Numbered from the stretch's first letter, positions 24,238 through 39,348 are shown. The stretch: DNA of 64,000 bases from Octopus sinensis (GCF_006345805.1 NC_042997.1:187302001-187366000); one strand, 5' to 3'. Notes: a model not told the origin generated them from the sequence alone. Numbers and translations: made by a program.

Positions 24238-25181
24238 GCATACATGCATGCATACATATATATATATACATACATACATACATGCACACATACATACATA
24301 CATATATGCATACATACATACATACATACACATATGCATACATACATAGACACATGCACATGTATATACATACATGCATACATACATACATACATACATA
24401 TATGCATGCATGCATACAAACATATACATACATACATACATACATGCACACATACATACATACATATATGCATACATACATACATACACATATGCATACA
24501 TACATAGACACATGCACATGTATATACATACATGCATACATACATACATACATATATGCATACATAAATACATACATACATGTCTAGACATGTAACTATA
24601 TGCATGAGAATACATACATAAAACAAAACATACAATTCTGCACGTATACATACATAAATACAGGCAAAACTATCTTGTTGATGCTGAAATTCCAGTGAAG
24701 GAGCCTTGAATCTTGGTTAGAAACCGGCTCTTTCTCTATTGGCAAGAAATCTTGGAATAAAACTGAATAATGACATACATACATATGATATATAGATATA
24801 TACATGAATATAGATATACAAACACATTTATATGCTCACAAACATTATTCAAACCATAGAGATACACATATATATTGACATGCATGCACACATACATACA
24901 TGTACAGACACATCCATATATAACTCCCTAGTTCTGGTCTAAATTCCAATGAAAGAGCCTTGATTCTGAGTTGGAAAAGAAAACGATTCTTTCTCTGTTT
25001 CTGAGAAATATTCAAATAATCCAGAACATACATATACACAGACATACAGACAGACATTTTAAACATACATTCATGCATACACATAGAGATACAATCATAC
25101 ATACATACATACGTACATACATACATGCATACATACATACATACATACATACATACATACATACATACATACATACATACA

Positions 25182-25214
<33 letters not shown>

Positions 25215-25700
25215 GCATACGTAAATACATACATTCATATATACATACATACACACATACACACATACATACATACATACATATATGCATACATATATAC
25301 ATACATACATACATACATGCATACATACATATATGCATATGTAAATACATACATTCATATATACATACATACACACATACACACATACATACATATATGC
25401 ATACATATATACATACATACATACATACATACATACATACATACATAAATACATACATACATACACACATACACATGTACATACATACATACATACATAC
25501 ATATGTACATACATACATACATACATGCATACATAAATATATGCATACGTAAATACATACATTCATACATACATACATACACACATACATATGTAAATAC
25601 ATACATACATATATACATACATTCAGAGATACATACATACATACATACATTCACGCATGCTTAGGTACAAGCTTATATATACATACATATGTACCTACAT
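24165..25700. repeat. (TACA)n compound microsatellite blocks
   Basis: Direct. Confidence 0.9.
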
Positions 25701-26143
25701 ACATACAGTCAAAGAGTTGCTTTAAATGAAGACATACATGGTTCAGTGTGAAATTCTATCCATTAGTTGATTTGGTGCAACTATGACACACGAAGACTGT
25801 ATTTGTTTATTTATTCATTTGATACTGGAGGACCAGACCAACTATACACAATTGTTGGTTTAACCTCACAGATCTATTTGCCATGCCTCTTACTGATAAT
25901 TTTAACTTTGAAGGAGAGAAAATTTGAAACTATAATAGTTTTCATATGAAGTGAAAAATTTTTAGGATGCTTCTACGTACTGTGGACGTATGTGTATGTT
26001 TGTGTGTATATGTGGTTCTTTGTATGTGTGTGTGTGTGTGTGTGTGTGTATGAATCTGTGTATGACACACATACACACACACAAACACACATTTCTGTAT
26101 GAATATACATACATGCACACATACACATATATAAATTATACAT

Positions 26144-26176
<33 letters not shown>

Positions 26177-26253
26177 ATACAGTAAAGTATTACATATGTA
26201 TATATATATGTACAATTAAGTGTAATATATAATACATTTATTATATATATATG

Positions 26254-26288
<35 letters not shown>

Positions 26289-27669
26289 TATATATATTTA
26301 TGTATATATATGTACTTTTATTATATATATCATACTTTTATCATGTATGCTATACTTTTATTTTATACATATGCTATACACACATTCACACACATATCAT
26401 CACCACCACCACCATCATCACCATCACTGCTGCCACCACCACCACGACGAAAACCACGACTACCACCACCACCACCACCACCACCACCACCACCACCACC
26501 ACCACCACCACCACCACCACCACCACTACCACCACCACCATCATCATCATCATCATTTAACATTCATGTCCCATACAAGCATACTAGCATGGTTTCTAAA
26601 ACTTCGAGATCTAGTTTTCCCAAAAAAGAATTATTTCACAAATTGTTATAATGTCAACATCTATATATATATATATATATATTATATATAATATATATAT
26701 ATATATATATCCATCATTTTAAGATCTGCTTTTCCATGCTTGCATAGATTGGACAGAGTGTTATTGAGGCAGATTTACTATGGCTTGATGCCTTCCTTCT
26801 CTTCAACCCTCACCTGTTTCCAAGGAAGATAATATTTTCCCTTACCCAGACAAGTTTTCTCAGAATATCTGAAAGGAATGACACAGTTTGTAAGTGACGG
26901 GGACATAAACACACCAGCATCGGTTGTCAAGCAATGCTAGGGGGACAAACACAGACACACAAACATACACGCACACATATATATACATATATATGGTGGT
27001 CTTCTTTCAGTTTCCACTCACAAGGCTTTGGTCAGTCCAAGATGCCATGCAGTGGGACTGAACTCAGAACCATGTGGGTTGGTAAGCAAGCTACTTACCA
27101 CACAGCCACTCCTAACCCTACTTAGGAGTGGCTTCTCTACCTTTCCAGAAATTTAACTATTTGAGACTGTCTTAGCATGTGTGCATATGTGTGTGATATA
27201 CTATGTATTTGTATATATGTGTGTATATGTGTGTATGTTTGTGGATAAATATATTATTCTCTCTCCCTGCATGTGTTTGTGCATTATTATCCTCACATGT
27301 TTGTGCATCCACATGTGTGTATGTTCACCCCCCCCCCCCCACACACACACACACGTAATCAGTCAGTCATTATATTTGTAAAAAATTTTACTGTATTATT
27401 AGTATTTATTCCTTTCAGTGGTAAAAGTGGTGGTGGTGGTGGTGGTGGTGTTAGTGAAGTGTTTGTGTTATGGAAATGATAGAATGTTGATCATAATCCT
27501 TTTACAGTTCATGGTGAAATTTTCTCAAAGCAGATTCTGCTTTTCATTCTTCCAAGAGTGATTAATTTTTAAATGCTGGTTAAGTACTGTGGTTGTTATA
27601 ACTGATTATAAAGCTTCTTACTAAATTTGTATTCTATGCTAGAAAGGAAAGGATGAAGAAAATAATAAC

Positions 27670-27726
<57 letters not shown>

Positions 27727-27728
<2 letters not shown>

Positions 27729-28273
27729 ATGCCCTGATGCAGTACCAGGCAGTAGCTCTCATGTCTTCTGATCTTAACTGATTGGAAGTGTTGTCATGTA
27801 TGTTGTTTTGTTTTGGTATAAAAGATGGGCTACAGCAAATATTCTGCTCAATACCACAGATTTGCTTGTCAGTTGTTTGACCTTAACCAGTTGAGCATGT
27901 CCCTTAGTGGCTGACGATATGTGCATCTCTGATCATGAGCAGAGGTAGTTGGGGAGCATCATAGCCGTGTGTTGAATGGAATTCTTAAAGGTTTGGATAA
28001 TTCACCTTTGGAAACATGGGTGTTTCGTTCAACATCCTTAAACAATCCTTATTCAGAGACCTTTTGAGTGTGAAAGAAAGAAAATTCTAACTGTGCCCCA
28101 CCTGCAAGATCATATGCTGTTTATCTTCATATGAGATCACCATGTCGCACACATATGGTTGTGATGCATGTACCAGGTGTACGCTTATCAGACGGGTAGT
28201 CATGATGGGTATACTGGGCTTTGTATATTTTACCCCAGTGTCACTTTGATGGCACGCACTGCTCTCTCACTCA
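27727..28273. mobile_element. ~547-bp non-coding element flanked by (TAA)n
   Basis: Partial copies at 29387-29703 (same strand) and 38399-38663 (opposite strand). Confidence 0.8.
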
Positions 28274-28282
28274 ATAATAATA

Positions 28283-28752
28283 TCATGTCTCCTCATTGAT
28301 ATGACTGTTCCAATCGATACAGACGTATCTGTCAAGACCTACCAAAAATTGAGCAAGTATAAAGATCTTGAAATAGAAATTAGCAAAATGTGGAACCTGA
28401 AGACTAAAACAATACCTGTTGTCATAGGTGCCTTAGGAATGATATAAAAAGGGGCTGATTGCTACCTATCTCAGATACCAGGAAACCCCAAAATGGCAGA
28501 AATTCAAAAGATAGTGCTCATGGGAACTGCTCATATCCTACGCAAAATACTTTCTATGTAATCTGAAATTTTAAAAACAAACATAATTTTCCTATGGTTT
28601 CTTAAACATTCTCTAGAACAACACTATAAAACCAAATATATGGCATGCTAGTCATAACACCAACATGGACTTCTAACTTGTTGTCTCTTGAGGTCTCTGG
28701 GTGAGAATAGGAGCCAAACTTGTACAAATGCAAAGCAAAAGTCAAACATAAA
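28283..28752 (+). pseudogene. Dong/R4-like LINE 3' end (RLE C-terminus + 3' UTR)
   Basis: LLIDMTVP...KLSKYKDLEIEISKMWNLKTKTIPVVIGALG...IQKIVLMGTAHILRKILSM*; followed by (TAA)n. Confidence 0.88.
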
Positions 28753-28799
28753 ATAATAATAATAACAATAACAATAATAATCTTTTTTAATATAGGAAC

Positions 28800-28995
28800 A
28801 AGGCTTGGAATTTTGGGAGAAGTGGATTGTCAATCACATCAATCCCAGTACTTGACTGGTACATAATTTATCGAACTCAAAAGGATGAAAGGCAAAGTCA
28901 ACTTTGGCAGAATTTGAACTTAGAACATAAAGACGGACAAAATGCTGCCAAGCATTTTGCCTGCTGTGCTAACAATTCTGCCAGCTCGCTGCTTT
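28800..28995 (-). mobile_element. SINE family C
   Basis: GGATGAAAGGCAAAGTCAAC..GAATTTGAACT; flanked by (TAA)n. Confidence 0.8.
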
Positions 28996-29076
28996 AATAA
29001 TAATAATAATAATAATAATAAGAAGAAGAAGAAGAAGAAGAAGAAGATATAATAATAATAAATAATAATAATAATA

Positions 29077-29129
<53 letters not shown>

Positions 29130-29219
29130 AATGATAATAATAATAATAATAAGATTATAATAATAATAATAAGATAATAATAATAATAATAATAATGATG
29201 ATGATGATGATGATGATGT

Positions 29220-29262
<43 letters not shown>

Positions 29263-29279
29263 AATAAGAATAATAAGAT

Positions 29280-29310
<31 letters not shown>

Positions 29311-29329
29311 TTAAGATAATAATAATAAT

Positions 29330-29380
<51 letters not shown>
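28996..29380. repeat. (TAA)/(GAT)/(GAA) compound microsatellite
   Basis: Direct. Confidence 0.95.
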
Positions 29381-29381
<1 letters not shown>

Positions 29382-29386
29382 TATTG

Positions 29387-29703
29387 GCTATAGCCAGTTG
29401 AGCGTGTCCCTTAGTGCCTGATGATATGTGCATCTCTAATCAAAAGCAGGAGTAGTGGGAGAGGAATTTAGGGACCTTTTCAGTAGGATGGGCTACGCGA
29501 CATGAAGAAAATTCTAACTGGGCTGCATCTGCAAGGTGATGTGTTACGTATCTTGATATGAGATCACCATGTCGCTCACATATGGTTGTGATGCATGTGT
29601 CTGGTGCACCCTTAACAGGCGGGGTACTCATGATGGGCATATTGAGTTTCATATATTTGTGTCCCAGTGTCGCTTTGATGGCATCCATTGCTCTCTCACT
29701 CAA
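29387..29703. mobile_element. partial copy of the 547-bp (TAA)n-flanked element
   Basis: Matches ~27880-28273 with an internal deletion. Confidence 0.8.
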
Positions 29704-29738
29704 TAATTATGATGATGAGGATGATGATGATGATGATG

Positions 29739-29777
<39 letters not shown>

Positions 29778-29780
29778 GTA

Positions 29781-29824
<44 letters not shown>

Positions 29825-29828
29825 AATA

Positions 29829-30210
29829 AAACAAGAGTGCCTAATAATCGATGTGGCAGTGCTAGGAGATCAATATATTATCATGAAAGAAAGAGAAAAG
29901 ATTGATAAATATGGAGACCTGAGATTTGAGATTGCTAAGATGCGGCAACTATGAGAGTCAAACATAAAGGCTGTCTCTATTGTCATTGGGGCTTTGGGTT
30001 CAATACCACCCAACCTGAAGAAAAATCTGGAAACTTTAGAAATACCCCACAAATACAAAAATCAGCATTACTTGGAACTGCATGCATATTGCATAAAGTA
30101 CTGTCTGTCTGAGATCCTTGTGATTTGACAGACAGTACAGACCCAGGGGTTTGTACACAATATCTTCAATCAACAGCTTCATGATATTGGATACTGTGTG
30201 ATGTCTTAAA
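29829..30210 (+). pseudogene. Dong/R4-like LINE 3' end, different subfamily
   Basis: CLIIDVAVLGD...EKIDKYGDLRFEIAKMRQL...IVIGALG; ends in (TAC)n. Confidence 0.85.
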
Positions 30211-30276
<66 letters not shown>

Positions 30277-30284
30277 CACCACCA

Positions 30285-30480
30285 CCCTTAGCATTGCTTG
30301 ACAACTGATGCCGGTGTGTTTATGTCCCTGTAACTTAGCAGTTCGGCAAAACAGACCGATAGAATAAGTACTAGGCTTATAAAGAATAAGTCCCAAAATT
30401 GATTTTCTCGACTAAAGGTGGTGCTCCAGCATGGCTGCAGTCAAATGACTGAAACAAGTAAAAGAGAGAAAAGAGAAAAA
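30285..30480 (+). mobile_element. SINE family A tail half
   Basis: GCATTGCTTGACAAC...CAAATGACTGAAAC. Confidence 0.8.
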
Positions 30481-30914
30481 AGAGTACAGGACAAAACAAA
30501 GAATGTGTGTGTATATGTGTGTGAGAATGTGTTGTGAGGGTTTTTCATGTAAACAAGAAAATAATATTTCGTTTTGGGATTTGGTTTGCAAGATTCACAC
30601 ACACACATACATACATATGCATGCACACACATATATACATACATACACATGCAAACACACACACACACACATACATACATACATGTATGCATGTATAGGC
30701 ACACACACACTGACCCACACACATGCGCACAAACAAACAAAAGGGAACAGTGTAAATATCGGACAGAGTCAAGACTATTGAAAAGGTTGCAAGACGCAAC
30801 GAAAATTTTAGGAAAATAAAAAGACGAAATAAGTGGAAATTTTACCGGTGAGTGTGTTAAATAATAAGGTACTAAAAGAGAATGACTCTCTCCAGACACA
30901 ACAGAAGACAATAA

Positions 30915-31108
30915 TAGTAATAATCCTTTTTACTAAAGGTACAAGGCCTGAAATTCGGGGGAATGGGACTAGTCAATTACATTGACTCCACTGTTTCACT
31001 GATACTTAATCTATTGATCCAAAAAAGATGAATGGCAAAGTCAACCTTGGTGGAATTTGAACTCAGCATTTTGTCCAGCGTGCTAATGATTCTGATAGCC
31101 CACCACCT
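30915..31108 (-). mobile_element. SINE family C in a (TAA)n tract
   Basis: Family C core. Confidence 0.8.
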
Positions 31109-31122
31109 TAATAATAATAATG

Positions 31123-31159
<37 letters not shown>

Positions 31160-31166
<7 letters not shown>

Positions 31167-33794
31167 ATTTGGATCCTCACCAAGAGAAGAACTGATATCA
31201 ATAAAAGAAACGCTGAAACAAAAAGTCCAAACAAAAGCCCAAAGAATACGAAGATTTGAGAAGAGAAACAAGTTTTACAAGCAAAATAAGCTGTTCACAT
31301 CCAATGCCAAAAAATTCTACAGAGAAATAGTGAAGGAGAAAGTAACCGTTAAAGACCCCCCTCCCATGGAAGAAGTTCAAAACTTTTGGAAAAGGATTTG
31401 GAGTGACAAGAAGACGTAGAACATAAATGCAGACTGGATTATACAAACTGAAGGATCCTACCAAAATTTACAACAACAAGCATGGGAAGACATCACAATA
31501 GCAGACCTAAGAAAGGCACTCACGAAGGCCCATAATTGGAAATCCCCCGGTAAAGATAGGGTGCCGAATTTCCGGCTCGCATCACTCCCATGCGCACACG
31601 GTAAGCTAGTTCAGCTGCTCAATGGAATTATGAGAGACCCAAAGAAAACACCAGAATGGTTAGCAAGTGGCATTACTTACCTACTCCCAAAGAATAACGA
31701 AACCAACCTTCCAAAAAACTATTGGCCTATAACCTGTCTATCCACCACGTATAAAATCCTAACATCTATCCTGGCGGAGAAAACATATGCATTCATGGAG
31801 AAGAACGATATTTTCCCCAACGAACAAAAAGGGTGCCGCCGAAGCTCTTATGGATGCAAAGATCAACTGCTAATCAATCGTATGATCCTTGAGAACTGTC
31901 ACAACAAGCGCAGAAATCTCAGCACCGCATGGATTGACTATAAAAAGGCCTTCGACAGTATACCGCATCCATGGATCTTGAGATCGCTGGACATCTTCAA
32001 AATTTCCCCTGTGATTTCAAACTTCCTGAAGCACAATATGTCGTTGTGGAATACAAATCTCCAATTATACCACTCCAATGGAGTACTTGCCCCAGAAAAT
32101 ATAAACATCAACTGTGGAATTTTTCAAGGTGACTCACTTTCACCTTTAATATTCTGCATAGCCCTAATACCCCTTACAAGTGAATTAAACAGAACAGGGT
32201 ATGGGTATAAAATTGCCAATAAAAAAATAAGCCATCTATTTTATATGGATGACTTAAAACTTTATGGTAAAGACAATAATGAACTTGAAGGCCTATTGCG
32301 CACCGTGAAAGCATTCAGCGATGACATCGGGATGGAGTTTGGACTTGAGAAGTGTGCCAAGGCCACTTTCCAGAAAGGGAAAGTGAAGACCACAAATTCA
32401 GTCGTGTTAGATGTTGACACAGTCATAAGAGAGCTTGAGCAAGAACAAACATACAAATATTTAGGGATAAATGTAGGCTCTGGTATTCAGCATGCAAGCA
32501 TGAAAGAGAAGATCAGGAAGGAATGTTATAGGAGAGTTCGTGCAGTCCTGAAATCTGAACTAAATGCACGTAACAAGGTGTTAGCTATAAATTCCTTAGC
32601 AGTTCCAGTTGTTACTTATAGCTACAATGTGTTGAACTGGAATATGAGTGAAGTAAAGAATATAGATAGGAAAATACGCAAGCTGCTGAGTTGTAATAGG
32701 ATGCACCACCCAAAGGCAGACGTAGATTGCCTTTACCTTCCCAGAGCCCAAGGAGGTCGAGGCCTGATCCAATTTGAACTAGCTTACAAAACAACCACAA
32801 TTGGACTGGCCAAATATCTCGAAATATCGAATGACTGGATGCTAAAGCTCGTGGAAAATCACGAGAGACGAAAGAAGCTTCATTCTATCATAAAGGAAAG
32901 CAAAAAATTTGCTATTGATCTCGTGCAGGATACCCAAAATGAACAACCCGAGGGAAGTACGGCAACTATTGTTGCAAAGAAGGTGAAAATGATGGCAACG
33001 AAAAAAGCGCACGAGCAATTGGCTGATAGGTGGGAAGAGAAACCTCTGCACGGCAAATATGTGACCCGCAGCAAACAAGCTGATGTTGACCAGAAGCAAA
33101 CCCATCAGTGGCTACGGAGCTCAGGGCTAAAAGCAGAGAGCGAAGGTTTCATCCTGGCTGCTCAAGATCAAAGCCTATTAACCCGGAACTACCAGGCCAA
33201 TGTGATGAAAAATGGAGCAGACCCAAAATGCCGATTCTGCAACGACATGATTGCAACAGTGGACCATCTAATCTCTGGATGTAAAGTCTTAGCACCAGTG
33301 GAGTATAATTAAGACATGACAGAGTTGGCCAATATCTACACTGGCTAATAAGTCGGCATTACAATATCAAAACTGCCGACAAGTGGTATAATCACCACCC
33401 TGAGGCTGTAACTGAAGGAGAAAATGTAACCATTCTGTGGGACTTTCCAGTACATACAGACCGAACCATCAAGGCCAATAAACCAGATATTGTTGTGAAA
33501 GACCAAAACAATAAAGTTTGCTTATTGATCAACATGAGCATCCCCTGTGATCATAATATCTCAGCGAAAGAGTTTGACAAGCTCAGAAAATATAAAGACC
33601 TACTCATTGAAATTGAGAAAATGTGGCATCTCAAGGCGGTTACAATACCAGTAATCGTAGGAGCACTAGGAATGATCAAGAAGGGAACCGAAAATTATAT
33701 GAGAATGATCCCTGGCTTACCATCCCTGCAAGAAGTGCAAAAGATTGTCTTAACTGGTACATCACATGTATTGAGAAGAGCATTGTCGATGTGA
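31160..33794 (+). pseudogene. reverse transcriptase / RLE endonuclease ORF (one in-frame stop, one frameshift)
   Basis: NWKSPGKD, YWPITCLST, WIDYKKAFDS, GIFQGDSLSP, LFYMDDLKLY, YKYLG, CRFC...HLISGC, RHD, KPDIV, IPVIVGALG; TAG at 31417-31419; 1-bp deletion near 33308. Confidence 0.92.
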
Positions 33795-33967
33795 GAATTG
33801 TTGCTGCTCATGTATTTTAATTTAACTTAAAAAAAAAAAAAAAATGAACGAACTATTGAGTTTGGTTTAATGGCCTACCAATGTATACTATGAGTTTCTT
33901 TGCCCTAGGAGTCGGGAAGACACTCGGCAAGAAATGGAAGCAAATTTGAAAGAAGAGAAAAAAAAGT
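31160..33967 (+). mobile_element. R4/Dong-clade non-LTR retrotransposon, 5'-truncated, in (TAA)n
   Basis: RT, CCHC finger and RLE domain, ~170-bp 3' UTR, (TAA)n on both sides. Confidence 0.93.
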
Positions 33968-34789
33968 AATAATAATAATAATAATAATAATTATAATAAA
34001 AATAAAAATAATAATAATAATTTGATGTCTGTCTGTCAATCTATCATCTATCTATCAATCTATGTGTCTGTCTGTCTGTCTATCTATCTATTTGATTAAT
34101 GGGAGAGATGGAAGATGGAAGATTCAAGAATGCTTGTTGACCATTACAGTTGTTTTGACCCATCAACCATTTATCCCTCACATGTGAGATACTGAACAAC
34201 TGGTTTAGAAGTATCCATTGGTATAGATGTGTCTCTTCAGATGATGTATCTCATTAAAATAATTTTCCTTCTCGCTGTATGTCTTGGTTTCTGCATAGTT
34301 TTTGTCTATCAGGTTCATTCATTAGGCATTGATCAACTTCAGGCTATTGTGGAAGACACATGCTAACAGCACTATGTGGTGAGAACCAGATACTACAATA
34401 TGGTTGTAAAATGAACTTCTAAACCAATACAGCCATCCTTGTTCTTATATTGCATAACTTGAAGAAAATCAGCCCGGGATGAGGTGGATGGAGGATGTGA
34501 TAATCACTGTATCTCTGTATCGACCTGATTATCAGAAGGTGTTATGCACCACTGGTCATAATGCACTGCCATGCTTTGTTGTATCTTTAGTATGATGTCA
34601 CCCAGTTAGCTAGATAGGCAGGCCAATATTCCTTCTGAATGGAATACCAGTCCATTACCGGGTTACCCTTTTACAGCTGAATGGACTGGCGCAATGTGAA
34701 ATGAAGTGTAATGCTCAAGAACACAACACACTACCTGTCTGGGAATTGAAACTGCAGCCTAGTGATTTGTGAGTACATTATAAACTATA

Positions 34790-35187
34790 CTTGCAAAGAC
34801 CTGTTGAGGCAAGTGAAATCAAAATCAAAATCAAATTCGATGACTGGCATCCGTGCTAGCGGATTGCAAAAAGCACCATACGAGTGTGATCGTTACCAGC
34901 GTCACCTTACTGGCACTTGTGCCCATGCTAGTAGAGTGCTAAGAGCACCGTCTGAGCGTGAACATTGCTAGAGCGGCTGACTGGCCCTCGTGCCAGTGAC
35001 ATGTAAAAAGCACCCACTACACTCTTGGAATGGTTGGTGTTAGGAAGGGCATCCAGCTGTAGAAACTCTGCCAGGTTAAGATTGGAGCCTGGTGCAGCCA
35101 TCTGGTTCGCCAGCCCTCAGTCAAAATCGTCCAACCCATGCTAGCATGGAAAGCGGACGTTAAACGATGATGATGATGATGATGATT
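34790..35187 (+). mobile_element. RTE family D 3' UTR
   Basis: Shares CTTGCAAAGACCTGTTGAGGCAAG..AAATCAAAATC with the 56820-57568 copy; array plus tail. Confidence 0.85.
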
Positions 35188-35239
35188 GTAACCACTAGAC
35201 AATGCACCTTCACATAATAGCAATAATAATAATATTCCC

Positions 35240-35655
35240 TTATTCTAAAGATACAAGGCCTGAAATTTGTGGGGAGGGGACTAGTCAATTACATTGACAC
35301 CAGTGTTTCACTGGTACTTAATTTATTGACCCTAAAAGGATGAAAGGCAAAATTGACCTTGGACCCAGAACATAAAGTAAAATGAAATGCCATTAAGCAT
35401 TTTGCCTAGCATGTTAACAATTCAACCAGTTTGCCACCTTAGTAATAATAATAATATTGATTTCAAATTTTGGCACAAGGCCAGCAACCTTGGGTGATTA
35501 CATTGGCCTCAGTGTTCAACTAGCACATATTTTTTATTGATCCCAAAAGGATGACAGGTAAAGTCAACCTTGGTAGAATTTGAACTCAGAACATGTTAAG
35601 CTGGATAAAAACCTGCTAAGCATTTTGTCCAGCCTGCTAACGATTACTGCCTTAT
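35240..35655 (-). mobile_element. two adjacent SINE family C copies in (TAA)n
   Basis: Family C core twice. Confidence 0.75.
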
Positions 35656-36394
35656 TAGTAATAATGATAATAAAATGAATTTGTAGGATTGACACAAGGT
35701 CATAAAAATTTTTTGAGAAGAATGTGTTGAATTGACATCAATTTTGAAATTTAGTAGGATCTAGGAAAATAACTAATTTGTCATTATTAAGTTTGGGTTT
35801 GGAATATAATCTTGCGTAAGAAGTCTGAGAGAAAAATATGAACGTTTTAATTTAAATATGAATACTTAAAAAAAGTATTAGGTTTTGTACAAGAGCTAGT
35901 GCTGGTCTCAAGTGGGTTGGCATGAAAGGATTACACCAAAAAAAATATAATAATAAAATATGTTGTTTTAGAATCAGAATCTTCAAAATTGAAATATATC
36001 TTGTTGTTTTAGTATGTAAACAGTAAACAGGAAGGCAATAAAAGCCACTTAATATTGCAAAGATGGAAAAAAATAAATCCTCACAATATTTTAGTCTTAA
36101 CAACACCTAAAATACTTTAAAATGTGAACGAAACTATAAACAACATCAAACCTGTTACAACATGCTCAGTCTATCTAGCTGTAAATGAATACCATGAGGA
36201 AGTGCAGCTCATTTGTGTAAGCAATGGGAGTGCAGCATAAATTTGTGTTAGCTAATCTCAAATCTTCCCAAGGGTGTAACTTTGAGAGGGTTGGGCTTCA
36301 TACGAGCTGACTTGCCCTAGATACACTACATCGCTGTAGTCTGCAATGGTATCCCAACAGACTAATGGATCATAGAACAAACCTATATATATCT

Positions 36395-37320
<926 letters not shown>

Positions 37321-37562
37321 ATATATATTCACATACAAGACATGCACTCACATGTGCACATATGTATGGCAGGATGTGGCCTATGACATGGTGGAACATA
37401 TTTTCAGTAAATGGAAGTGGCAGATTATTTTGATTTCCAGTTGGAATAATGCCATTAAAGTGCTAATGCCCTTGGGGAAAGGATGAATGTCACAACTTTT
37501 TTGTTTACTCTCTTTTATAAACCCTAGGGCTTCATGCTTAATGAAAAAGAAAGAATTATTAT

Positions 37563-38398
37563 TATTTGTATTTAAGACGTTGCCCGGTATCCAACACTGT
37601 GATGTTGTTGATTGAAGATATTGTGTACAGACCCCTGGGTTTGTATTGTCTGTCAAGTCACAACAAGGATCTCAGATAGACAGTACTTTATGCAATATGC
37701 ATGCAGTTCCAAGTAATGCTGATTTTTGCATTTGTAGGGTATTTCTAAAGTTTCCAGATGTTTCTTCAAGTTGCCCCAATAACAATAGAGACAGTCTTTA
37801 TGTTTGACTCTCATAGTTGCCACATCTTAGCGATCTCAATTCTCCCGTCTCTATATTTATCAATCTTTTCTCTTTCTTTCACGATAATATATTGATCACC
37901 TGGCACTGCCACATCGATTATTAGACGGTTTTGTTTGTCCCTCCTCAAGGTTATTATATCCAGCTTTCGGTGCTCTAACACCTTGTCTGTCTGGAAGTCA
38001 AAGTCCAGAGTATTTTTGCCTTCACCTTTTCGTCCATTACCTTTTCTAGTGTATGTTGGTACCAAGCACCCATATCCCTGTATCCATACTTCTGGCATCG
38101 TAGCCAGTGAAAGTTTTGGACTACCTTGTTGTGTCTGTGCTTGTACTCTTTCTGCACACGATTTTCACACTTTGACTTTCACACAGACAAGGCATTAGAG
38201 CACCGAAAGCTGGATATAATAACCTTGAGGAGGGACGAACAAAACTGCCTAATAATCGACGTGGCAGTGCCAGGAGATCAACATATTATCATGAAAGAAA
38301 GAGAAAAGACTGATAAATATAGAGACCTGAGAATTGAGATCAGTAAGATGTGGCAGCTATGAGAGTCAAACATAAAGGCTGTCTCTATTGTTACTGGG
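37563..38398. pseudogene. Dong-like LINE 3' end (minus) with an inverted duplicate of its RLE region (plus)
   Basis: EYKHRHNKV, DFQTDKVLEHRKLDII...LIIDVAVPGD on both strands. Confidence 0.88.
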
Positions 38399-38663
38399 GT
38401 ATTCAAACCTCAACGAATTCCTTTCAACACACGGCTATGATGCTCCCCCACTACTTCTCATGATCAGAGATGCACATATCGTCAGCCACCAAGGGAGATG
38501 CTCAACAGGTTAAAGTCAAACAACTGACAAGTAATTCAGTGATATTGAGCAGAATATTTGCTGTAGCCGATCTTTTATACCAAGACAACACAATGTACAT
38601 GATGACACTTCCAATCAGTAAAGATCAAAAGTCATGAGAGCCACTCTGGTACAGCATCAAGGC
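38399..38663. mobile_element. partial 547-bp element, opposite orientation, ending in (TTA)n
   Basis: Reverse complement of ~27727-28000. Confidence 0.8.
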
Positions 38664-38681
38664 AATTATTATTATTATTAA

Positions 38682-38717
<36 letters not shown>

Positions 38718-38721
<4 letters not shown>

Positions 38722-39190
38722 TAGTTTTATTTTTATAGCGTGCTTTCACTTCACTACCGAGCGCAGCTCCCTGTGCCTTGGGTATGTGCTGTGATTTGTT
38801 GTGATGCTCTGATGGTTATTGTATGGAAAGTGTTCTGCGTAGGATGTGTGCAGTGCCTAGTAGTGCAATTTTCTGTATGTTATATGTGTTTGTAAGTCCT
38901 GGTGTTTTTGTTATGTATTTGTCTGAATATTTTTTTATCATGCCTAATGCACCTACTATGATAGGAATTGTTTCTGTTTTCAGGTTCCACATTCTAGTTA
39001 CCTCTATTTCCAGGTCTTTGTATTTTGAGAGTTTCTCCATTTCTTTTAGAGACACGTTGTCATCTGCCGGTATTGATACATCAATTAGAAAGCATTTTTT
39101 TTCTTCATGATCTCTGACAACTATATCTGGTCTGTTGGCCTTAATTTCTCTATCTGTGTGTATCGGCATATCCCAGAGTATGGTTGCTTT
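38718..39190 (-). pseudogene. Dong/R4-like LINE 3' end with intact RLE motif
   Basis: ORF 38816-39169: PIHTDREIKANRPDIVVRD...LIDVSIP...IPIIVGALG; (TTA)n on both sides. Confidence 0.9.
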
Positions 39191-39210
39191 CCTTATTATT
39201 ATTATTATTA

Positions 39211-39248
<38 letters not shown>

Positions 39249-39293
39249 TATTATCATCATCATCATCATTATCATTATCATTATCATTATCAT

Positions 39294-39338
<45 letters not shown>

Positions 39339-39348
39339 TATTATTATT

